Below, piece after piece: positions 15,355 to 22,810 of a stretch of 27,595 nt of DNA. Position 1 is the first letter of the stretch. Every line of letters begins with the position of its first letter. The notes under the pieces were generated by a model. That model was not told where the DNA came from, did no database searches, and saw only the letters and a list, made by a program, of their open reading frames with translations. The stretch covers positions 1 to 27,595 of the IMG/VR virus record IMGVR_UViG_3300017707_001118. The stretch is one strand, 5' to 3'. The position numbers and the translations under genes are program-made. This DNA is from a virus (taxonomy: Duplodnaviria; Caudoviricetes).

Positions 15355-16730
15355 TACTTGATCACCTCAAATTTTACTCGGTCAGAATTTGGCGTTTTCA
15401 ATGGTTCCAGTTTCTTGATCGCTTCCTCAACCTTTCCAAGTTGTTGAACGGTCAGCTTGGTATTCTCGACGATCTTCTTTTGATCGTCCTCGCGTGGACC
15501 ACGACTAAGCAATCGAGATTCAAAAGCCGCGTTGCTGGTCTGCTCGATTGCCTTCGCGTCCTTCTTTTCTTTCGATGCGTCCATTGCGGCCTGAGCTGCG
15601 GCGATCGCCTCGGCGGTTCCCTGGTCGAGTCCCTGCTGCTGGAGTCGGAATGCGTGGGCGGCTTGTTCGCCTTGTTCGATGGCGATCTTTTGTTCCTGAA
15701 GTCGTTCCAGTTCGCTCTTGCGTAGGTCGTCAATCTTTTGGATGCGTGCTTTTTCTTCCTCGTCGGCCTTCTTTTTGGCGTCTGCCTTTTCCTTTTCGAG
15801 GTCAACCATCTTTTGCAGGTTGGTGATGATCTTTGCGTCTTGCTCAGACTTGCCATCGGAAAGCAGTTGAGCTTTTTTGGCTTCAAGTATGCCCATTGTC
15901 AGTTCGTTGTATTGATTGCGGAGTGCTTTCATCTGAGAAACTGAATCGGCATCTATTTGCTTTTTCTTTTCAATTGCGGCGGTCTCTTCCTTGAACGCTT
16001 TAATTGCAAGTGCTCGTTTTCCGTATACACTGCTTAATTGATTTTGCTGCTCGTTCAACTGAGCAATACGCTCGCGTTCTAAATCAATTTCATCCTGCTT
16101 GATTTTTATGTTTGCCTTAGCTTCTCCAGTTATGTTGAAGCCTTTTTTCATTTTGTCTAACTGACTAATGTTCCTTCCTAAAGAAACCTCAACTGTCTTC
16201 AGATCGTTAGATACGGCCGTAAAATACTCATGAGCTACTTGCTGCTGTTTATCGGGATCTCGTATTAGTGCGATTTCCTCCATGTCCTGCGAAAACCGGA
16301 AGTTTTGAACTCCAGCAGTAGCTTGTGCTAATTCGCGGATTTGCTCGCGTGCTTGCTCTAGCTTTTTGTTCCACTTGTCGGTCTGGAAAATAATGTTGCC
16401 AAGCGACTGCCCAATGTTTACGGCAAGAGTAGCAACGAGCCCAACAAGTCCCGCCTTGAACGCCAGAGCACCGGCACCTCCAGCCTTTTGCATCTCGGCA
16501 AATTGTCCTACCTTTTCGGTGACTCCCGCCAACTGACCTGCATACGACGCCAGCTCCGTTCCGCCCAATTGACCAGCGAGGACGCCAATAAACTCAGTGG
16601 AGGCTTTCGCCTTGGCTCCGGTGTCCTTCACCGACTTGATATTTTGATCGATTGCCTGAGCAGCAGCAGCGACCTTTGCAGACGCTTTGTCCTCGGCCTC
16701 GATCAGGATCTGTACGGATTCGCTAGCCAC
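15354..16730 (-). CDS. Tape measure protein (short, 458 aa)
   Basis: V.ILIEAEDKAS N-terminus, Ala/Gly hydrophobic segment, long coiled-coil. Follows the chaperone pair. Confidence 0.8.
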   Translation of the reverse strand: MASESVQILIEAEDKASAKVAAAAQAIDQNIKSVKDTGAKAKASTEFIGVLAGQLGGTELASYAGQLAGVTEKVGQFAEMQKAGGAGALAFKAGLVGLVATLAVNIGQSLGNIIFQTDKWNKKLEQAREQIRELAQATAGVQNFRFSQDMEEIALIRDPDKQQQVAHEYFTAVSNDLKTVEVSLGRNISQLDKMKKGFNITGEAKANIKIKQDEIDLERERIAQLNEQQNQLSSVYGKRALAIKAFKEETAAIEKKKQIDADSVSQMKALRNQYNELTMGILEAKKAQLLSDGKSEQDAKIITNLQKMVDLEKEKADAKKKADEEEKARIQKIDDLRKSELERLQEQKIAIEQGEQAAHAFRLQQQGLDQGTAEAIAAAQAAMDASKEKKDAKAIEQTSNAAFESRLLSRGPREDDQKKIVENTKLTVQQLGKVEEAIKKLEPLKTPNSDRVKFEVIK

Positions 16731-17067
16731 GGTGAGCCTCCGCCTTGATCATGAGTTCGTCAAGTTCCAAGAAACGTTGTGCGTCGACGAACCAGACGGC
16801 CTGGTCCAGTGCTCCGCCAGAGACAGGTGGCAATCCCTTTTGGTAGAGATCGCACAGTCCAATGACGTCGACAATCGGACGGCAAAAGCGATTTGGGCAC
16901 CCCTGGATGCGTACCGACCCCTGAGCACAATGGGAGCACCCGGACCCGTTGCAATGCGGGCACTCGATCTCGATTGGTTCTGTGTCGGTTCCCATGTCAA
17001 CGCACTCCTTGTCGCTGCAATGCCGGCAGAGTTTTCCCTGACGGATCAACGCAGCGACTCGCATCAT
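16723..17067 (-). CDS. gpT-like tail chaperone extension (likely a G-T frameshift product) with zinc-finger motifs
   Basis: In the -1 frame relative to the upstream chaperone. CRHC..., CPHCNGSGCSHCAQG, C-terminal LPPVSGGALDQ. Confidence 0.6.
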   Translation of the reverse strand: MMRVAALIRQGKLCRHCSDKECVDMGTDTEPIEIECPHCNGSGCSHCAQGSVRIQGCPNRFCRPIVDVIGLCDLYQKGLPPVSGGALDQAVWFVDAQRFLELDELMIKAEAHRG

Positions 17068-17408
17068 TTTTTTTCGTCGCCACTCATTCGCTGGTTGTAA
17101 GCAACCTTGCGCAACAGTTCGATCGATTCGTTGTAGCTGAGCACATCCTCGATCGCGTCGGCGTTGTACTCGCGGCCCATGTTTCGCCAGTCGGTTAGGA
17201 CTCGCTTCAACTGCTCGACCGCTGCATCGAAAACTTGAGCGACAGTGACGCCGTCGGCGTGCAGCATGTCAATCGCTTCCATGATCTTTCGTTGACCTCG
17301 CATCGACTGCGAGCGAGCCACAAACACCGGACGTGAGGCCACGGGCTTGTCAGCATCGCTATCGAGAACGATTTCAAACGACTGATCAGGTTCCAAGAAA
17401 ATCGGCAT
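17064..17408 (-). CDS. Tail assembly chaperone (gpG-like)
   Basis: Between tail tube and tape measure. Ends ...GDEKK on a slippery A-run. GAGGAGGGG upstream. Confidence 0.75.
   Translation of the reverse strand: MPIFLEPDQSFEIVLDSDADKPVASRPVFVARSQSMRGQRKIMEAIDMLHADGVTVAQVFDAAVEQLKRVLTDWRNMGREYNADAIEDVLSYNESIELLRKVAYNQRMSGDEKK
17067..17075 (-). other. Programmed -1 frameshift slippery site (A AAA AAA)
   Basis: GAA AAA AAA TGA. A -1 slip reads directly into ATG ATG CGA of the next ORF, the lambda G/GT arrangement. Confidence 0.7.
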
Positions 17409-17426
17409 AACCCCTCCTCAAAAAAA

Positions 17427-18362
17427 CTAGGTAGCAGCGGTGAAGGTGATTGACACCTCCTGGTCCGCCGTTGAGCCGTTGGCATTGCACTGCCACGTGA
17501 TGTCATCGACCACAAGTCGCTCGCGGTCAGCCTCCGAGATCGAAGTGATCTGAGCTTTCGGAGCTGCGATGGTGATCTTGCTGTTGGTTGGACCATCGAG
17601 ATCGAAAGTTAGTGCATGCTCGCTGTAGTCGAGCAGCTTGCCATAGCGATCCTGAGTCGCAACGAGTTTTGATTCTGGATTGCCAGTGATGGTGCAAATC
17701 CGGTTGGTGACGATCGCGGCCAGGAACCCAGCGGCGGTGCCAGCAGATTCGCGAAGTAGGATCGTGTTTCCGCTGTCGAGAACCAGGCTCTCCAAGTGCA
17801 AGTCGACGCTGTTCCATGTGGTCGTCGAGGATGCGTAGCGGAGCGGTGCAACGGTCGGATACGTTGGTGCAATGATTGCGGTGTCGGTCGGTGATTCCCA
17901 AATGCCGGTGAACTCGAACTCAAGGAATGCCGTTTTTCCGGTCGGGCAGTTCCATTTGAAGGTTCCCATGCAGCCTCGAAGCAGTTTCCGCATTCCGTCG
18001 ATGTAGACGGCCATTGTGAGCGTCTTGACGTTGGTGCCTGGTGCCTCGGTGCGAGGGGTGTAGACCTGGCCCGATTTGACCCAACCGCATGCAGGGAGGA
18101 ACGTATCGGCCCAAGCCGGCTCGGTGGCGGTTCCGTCCCAGGATGCATCGTGCTTGAACGTGATCTTGCCTTTGTAGCCGCCGGCAACACTAGGACGCAT
18201 GCCGAACGAACCCTGGCCCTCACGCTGTTCCATTTCCGTTTCGGTTTGGATCATGACGTCGTAAGCATTAAACGCTGCATCCGACGAGGTGAGCGTCTCG
18301 GCGGTGCCTGGTGTCGATTCGATCTTTGCGGCGAGGACTCGTTTGCGTTTGAGTAGCGTCAT
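17427..18362 (-). CDS. Major tail tube protein
   Basis: LAAKIESTPGT N-terminus, L.ACG, GCMGTF...G....LEFEFTG. Size and position fit a siphovirus tube. Confidence 0.78.
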   Translation of the reverse strand: MTLLKRKRVLAAKIESTPGTAETLTSSDAAFNAYDVMIQTETEMEQREGQGSFGMRPSVAGGYKGKITFKHDASWDGTATEPAWADTFLPACGWVKSGQVYTPRTEAPGTNVKTLTMAVYIDGMRKLLRGCMGTFKWNCPTGKTAFLEFEFTGIWESPTDTAIIAPTYPTVAPLRYASSTTTWNSVDLHLESLVLDSGNTILLRESAGTAAGFLAAIVTNRICTITGNPESKLVATQDRYGKLLDYSEHALTFDLDGPTNSKITIAAPKAQITSISEADRERLVVDDITWQCNANGSTADQEVSITFTAAT

Positions 18363-19034
18363 TTAGTTGGTTCCTAATTCAGGTGACGTGCGTAGTTTGA
18401 TCTTGCCCTCGGCGGCCAATGTGACCTCGCGGAGCCTGCGTTTGATTTCGATGGGGAGTCGCTCGGCGGCGATGCGAGCGGCATCGCTGCCGATGCTGGT
18501 CTGCGTGAAGTAGTCGCCTGGGCTTTTGCCAAAAATCTTTCGGAGCTTGCGTCCACCCTCTTCACGTTTGTAAACGTTGCCGCCCCACGATCTGACGGTG
18601 AAGCCATCGAGGACGCTGGTCCAGCCGCCGCCCATGTTTGTCTTGTACCGGACTCCAGATCGAACTCGTTTGCCTTTGCGAGTTTTTCCGTACTCCATCG
18701 CTTCATGCCAGCGAGCTGGAAAGGCATGCCCCTTCCAAAGCTTGATCGTGACCTGCGGACTGTCAGGCGATGCGTTGTTCTTTTTAATGACCGCCTTCTT
18801 GAGCACCTTTGCCTTGGTGTAGGTCTTTGATGTGTGCTTGTTGGTGCTGTGGAGTTTGAAGTTGACGACCTTGCCGAGCTGCTGTGCGGCCTCAACGCCG
18901 ACGGTTTTTGCAGTGCGGTTGACGGCAGTCGCGAGATGGCGTGCCAGGTGATGCTTGAACTGGCCGAGATTCTCAGCGATCTTGCGGAGGGATTCCTGGT
19001 TGACGTCCACTTTGAAGTTGAAAGCCTCGCTCAT
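18363..19034 (-). CDS. Lambda gpZ-like tail completion/minor tail protein
   Basis: Highly basic. A.AVNRTAK motif, ...R.EGGRK..KIFGKSP. Confidence 0.6.
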   Translation of the reverse strand: MSEAFNFKVDVNQESLRKIAENLGQFKHHLARHLATAVNRTAKTVGVEAAQQLGKVVNFKLHSTNKHTSKTYTKAKVLKKAVIKKNNASPDSPQVTIKLWKGHAFPARWHEAMEYGKTRKGKRVRSGVRYKTNMGGGWTSVLDGFTVRSWGGNVYKREEGGRKLRKIFGKSPGDYFTQTSIGSDAARIAAERLPIEIKRRLREVTLAAEGKIKLRTSPELGTN

Positions 19035-19522
19035 GTTCTCACCACAGTTGGATCTCCCTCATCCGTCCTGTAGGTAACAAGCAAAGGAACGTTGACGCCA
19101 TCGAGTCCACCATCTGCCGAGACGTATTCCGGGGATCGGAACTGAGCATCGACGGTAAGTCCGCCGAGGGTGTGCCAAGTAGAATCGACGCTACAAACAG
19201 CACGCACGACGTCAGCATGAAAGAGATTGAGCTGCTCGTCGATTGTGGCTGCATCGCGTTCGCTCGGCATCAAATGGCATCGGATTTGGTACGTTTGGCG
19301 ATAGGCGACAGCAGGCGGATTGCCTGGTCGCATCAGTTCCTCGACGATCTCAGCCGAACCCTGCACGAGAACGATCTGGCGATCGCGAGGTGTAAAATCG
19401 GTGGAACGTGTTGGTCGCAGCACCTCGCAGACGTCGATCGGATAATTCGTGGAATCTCCGATCATCGCCTCCAAGCGTCCGAGCAAAACCACCGCGATCT
19501 GTTCGTTGACTGCTAGCGGCAT
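19031..19522 (-). CDS. Putative tail terminator (gpU-like)
   Basis: Acidic, DV.RAV...D.T..TLGGL, V.YRT...DP C-terminus. Neck position. Confidence 0.55.
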   Translation of the reverse strand: MPLAVNEQIAVVLLGRLEAMIGDSTNYPIDVCEVLRPTRSTDFTPRDRQIVLVQGSAEIVEELMRPGNPPAVAYRQTYQIRCHLMPSERDAATIDEQLNLFHADVVRAVCSVDSTWHTLGGLTVDAQFRSPEYVSADGGLDGVNVPLLVTYRTDEGDPTVVRT

Positions 19523-19860
19523 TCTAGGACCAACATCCCCTCGTCATGCGACAGAAGCTTGGTAATGGTACGGCGTTCTGGTTTGCGTCCGACCCGGACG
19601 GCGAACGCGATTGCGTCGCCGCCGAGGTCGAGTTCTTCGCTAGAGATTCCCTGCGTGATGTCATTTGCAACGCTGACCTCGAAGACGGGAGTAATGGTGT
19701 CTCCGTCTTCGGGCAGGATCGCTAGAGCGTCTCGAACCACGATCGCGTTGATCGATCTCGATTTTCCAGTCCGCTTGATGTAGCTGACCGGCTCGGCGAA
19801 ATCGTTCGGATTCGCGAACAGGTTGATCGAGTCGCTCTGTATGACATCGTGCAGAGTCAT
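19513..19860 (-). CDS. Head-tail joining protein (gpFII-like)
   Basis: F.N..DFAE.V.Y.......I.AIV.R, small beta protein after the capsid genes. Confidence 0.65.
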   Translation of the reverse strand: MTLHDVIQSDSINLFANPNDFAEPVSYIKRTGKSRSINAIVVRDALAILPEDGDTITPVFEVSVANDITQGISSEELDLGGDAIAFAVRVGRKPERRTITKLLSHDEGMLVLECR

Positions 19861-19863
19861 CGC

Positions 19864-20520
19864 TTACCTCTTGCACTCCACCGACACGTAGTCGATGGTG
19901 ACGCTGTTGACGTTCGTCGATGCAGTCTTGCTCATCTGAACGAACGGTTGCAGCGAACTGGTTGCAGCGGCCATCGTAAAGGTTGTGGTCGATGCGACTC
20001 GCTGGCCGTCGACGTAAAACTTCACGTCAGACTTTCCGCCAGTGAAGTCGATCACACACTCGCGATAGGTGGCAACGAGCGACAGGCCAGTAGCCTTGTC
20101 GTCAAGATCGCTGGTTCCGTCGTCGGACTCACAAACAATCGCATTCGAGCCAACAAGCTTGAACTGGGCGTTGTTTGCAGTCGCGTCGGTGTCGTCGTTG
20201 CGTGCCGACTGAAGTCCGAAGGCCAAGGTCGTTGCAGCGTTGAGCGTTGCAACGGTCTTAACGATGAAGACTGCTCGCTGAATGTTGTCGATGTCAAAGC
20301 AAAGCTTGTCACCGAAATCCAAGCAAACGTTTTGAACTTCGTTGGCACTGTCGAATGTCAGTGCAATCTCTCCGGTAGCCGATGGGCTGACCGAAGCATA
20401 AGTTGGAGTACCGCTCGACGAGGTGTCGGTGATCTTCCAGTTGCCTTCACCGACCGTCGCGGTGAACGTTCTTCCGCCGAAGAAGTCATCTTCGAATTTC
20501 GCGTGGTTCACGAATCCCAT
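19864..20520 (-). CDS. Putative capsid decoration/minor virion protein
   Basis: Directly after the capsid gene. Thr/Ser-rich beta-sandwich pattern (FEDDF...VKFYVDG...IDYV). Confidence 0.55.
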   Translation of the reverse strand: MGFVNHAKFEDDFFGGRTFTATVGEGNWKITDTSSSGTPTYASVSPSATGEIALTFDSANEVQNVCLDFGDKLCFDIDNIQRAVFIVKTVATLNAATTLAFGLQSARNDDTDATANNAQFKLVGSNAIVCESDDGTSDLDDKATGLSLVATYRECVIDFTGGKSDVKFYVDGQRVASTTTFTMAAATSSLQPFVQMSKTASTNVNSVTIDYVSVECKR

Positions 20521-20564
20521 TTTTCTTTATTCCCGTTTATTGATGTGGTTTTGGTTGTCAACAT

Positions 20565-20590
20565 GCCCCTGAGCCGATAAGCCCAGGGGC
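20565..20590 (-). terminator. GC-rich hairpin after the capsid gene (mRNA stabiliser or weak terminator)
   Basis: Minus strand GCCCCTGGGC-TTATCG-GCTCAGGGGC, a 10-bp stem with one G-U pair. No U-tract follows. Confidence 0.45.
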
Positions 20591-20608
20591 GAAGATTGTC
20601 AGTTAAGA

Positions 20609-22810
20609 CTAGGTGCGGTTTCCGAAGATACCGCGGTGATCGATGACCGCTGCGGCCATCGTTTGACGCACGTAGTAATGGTACGTGTCGTTGTCCTTGT
20701 TCCATTCGCTCTCAAGGACTGGGGACTCTTCACCGTTCAGGAAGGTGATTTCCACAGTGTCGATCTGCGAGTTGTCGGCGATTGCATACCAGTTGGTAGC
20801 ACTGTTCGCGTCGAGCAGCGGGGTCGATACGACTTGCAACGGACGAACGCCGTTTACGCCGTAGATGTTGACAACGCCTTCGTTGCCGTTGCTCTGAACG
20901 TAGGACTGGCTGTTGACCAGTTCCAACGCGGTGCCAGAGTAAGCAAGTGGCACGAGCAACGTGCGAGGTTGCAGGTTCAGGTAGACGTCGCTCGATAGAC
21001 CCTTTTGGAGGCCCATGAGCTTGAACGCTTCGTTGAGCGAGGTCACGCCTGGAGCTGCGACCGAAGTTGCGGTAATGTTGGTTCCGCTCGTGTGCGATGC
21101 GGAGAACAACGCAAAACCGTCAGCCATCGTTGGGTTGGCGAGAAGTGCGTCATAGACCACCTTCTCTTGAGTCCGGCGAGCTGCGTTTCCGTGCATGGCT
21201 GGGATTCGCGACAGTGCGTCGAGATCGTCGTTGATGACGGTTTCCCAGGTGACGGAGAACTTCTTGCCGAACTTCTCAACCTTGTACGATCGCTTGGAAT
21301 CGCTGATTGATCCCTCTGGGTACGGTGCCCCTTCAGGAACCATTTCCAAGTTGGGCGATTCGCCAAGCTGGATGCGGTTGATGTTCTTGAAGTCCTCGAC
21401 CGATTGAGCTTGGCGAGCCCAAAGCGACCATGTGTAAGGTGCTTCTTCGTAAGCGGCTCGCAGGGTCTTTGTCGCTGCGTCGAGCAACAGGTTGGCAAAC
21501 GATCCGCTGGTGTGGTACGCCTCTGCTGAGCGTCGAACGTTGAGCCGGTTGAAGGTTGGCTCGTGGCCCATCGCCATGCGTGCGATGTCTTGGCGAGTGT
21601 ATCGCTCTGGATTGATTCCCATTCGGCGAACGCACAGTTCGGCCAAACGGTAAACGCCCAAATTACGGAATTGTTCCGCTCCTTGGACTTGAGGTGCCTG
21701 TCGCTTGACTTGGCCCTGGAAACATCGCTGCACGAGGCCAGCGGATGCGACTTCCATGAACTTGTCTTGCTCGGACACGGTGACTGCAATGCTGGAGCCT
21801 TCGATGGCTCCGCTTCCCAATGGTTGTTGAGCCATTCGTCGAATAATCTCCTGTCGGGCATCTGCAACGGAAACGTTGTCATCGATGAGCTTGTCTGCGA
21901 GTGCCCGATCTTGTCTCGCGAGCTTCACGTCATTGATGATGGTTTGGCGGCGGAGCTTTTCGGCAGCGAGTTGGCGTGCAACCTCGGCCTTGACCGCTTC
22001 TTCTTGAGATGGTGCGTCGGCAGGCATTGGTGCATCCGCTCGAACAGCCTCGCCCTCCATTGGTTTTTCTTCACCCATCATCGATTCGATCTCTGGCATC
22101 TCTGGTGCCTCGATCGCTTCCGAGCCGGCTGCACCAGCAAGAAACGTGATGATTTGAACTGGATCGGTCATACCTTCCGGCACGCCGAGTTTTTGAACTG
22201 CGGCCATAAGTGCCTCGTCCATTCTCGTAATCCCTTCCCGGTCGCTAGACCGACGAACAGTAGAATTTGGATCTGCACCCGTTGCACAGATCGAAGCGTT
22301 GTGTGGCTCCCAAGCGGTGACAATCTCCGCCGGTCCATCTATCACGTTCCCACTCGGAGTCGTGTATCGTTGACCCTCTGGCACGTACTGACGTGCGAGG
22401 ATTTGTGCATCGATGCTAAAGTCGTTGAGGTGTCCCTCGTTGTATCTGGTCGCGATCTTTTGGCTCTCGTCGTCGCTGGCGAACTCGGGGAGTCCAACGA
22501 GTGCATCTCCTTCGATCTTGATGGATCGGATTGAGCCAAAGACGTTCCGAACGGTTTGATCGTTGTGACTGTCGACGATGGGGAGTTGATTGCGATCCTG
22601 ACGGAATCGGACTCCATTCATGAGCAGTACCTGAGCGACCCATTGACGCCTGGCTTCGTCGTAAACCATGACGGGAGTCTCGGTGGCGATTACTGCCTTG
22701 CCGTCCTTGATGACTCCGAACTGTCGCTGGATTACTGGCGAAGGATCGTTCTTTGCGATGGCTTGTGCAAACTTCTTGCGACGAATCGCGTTGATCTCGG
22801 CAAGTGTCAT
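20609..22810 (-). CDS. Prohead protease - scaffold - major capsid protein fusion
   Basis: N-terminal HK97-type protease pattern (IVDSH, FSID, W.P...SICATGAD), acidic linker, then Mu-gpT-like capsid (F..LL....K.L...Y, DFK, EG..Y, KFGK.FSVTWE..INDDL.AL, D.RG). Confidence 0.88.
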   Translation of the reverse strand: MTLAEINAIRRKKFAQAIAKNDPSPVIQRQFGVIKDGKAVIATETPVMVYDEARRQWVAQVLLMNGVRFRQDRNQLPIVDSHNDQTVRNVFGSIRSIKIEGDALVGLPEFASDDESQKIATRYNEGHLNDFSIDAQILARQYVPEGQRYTTPSGNVIDGPAEIVTAWEPHNASICATGADPNSTVRRSSDREGITRMDEALMAAVQKLGVPEGMTDPVQIITFLAGAAGSEAIEAPEMPEIESMMGEEKPMEGEAVRADAPMPADAPSQEEAVKAEVARQLAAEKLRRQTIINDVKLARQDRALADKLIDDNVSVADARQEIIRRMAQQPLGSGAIEGSSIAVTVSEQDKFMEVASAGLVQRCFQGQVKRQAPQVQGAEQFRNLGVYRLAELCVRRMGINPERYTRQDIARMAMGHEPTFNRLNVRRSAEAYHTSGSFANLLLDAATKTLRAAYEEAPYTWSLWARQAQSVEDFKNINRIQLGESPNLEMVPEGAPYPEGSISDSKRSYKVEKFGKKFSVTWETVINDDLDALSRIPAMHGNAARRTQEKVVYDALLANPTMADGFALFSASHTSGTNITATSVAAPGVTSLNEAFKLMGLQKGLSSDVYLNLQPRTLLVPLAYSGTALELVNSQSYVQSNGNEGVVNIYGVNGVRPLQVVSTPLLDANSATNWYAIADNSQIDTVEITFLNGEESPVLESEWNKDNDTYHYYVRQTMAAAVIDHRGIFGNRT

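Noticed and set aside
21563-22534. Long plus-strand ORFs (e.g. 323 aa here, 243 aa at 19849-20580, 217 aa at 25044-25697)
   Set aside because: Antisense shadows of well-supported minus-strand genes in GC-rich DNA, with no recognisable motifs.
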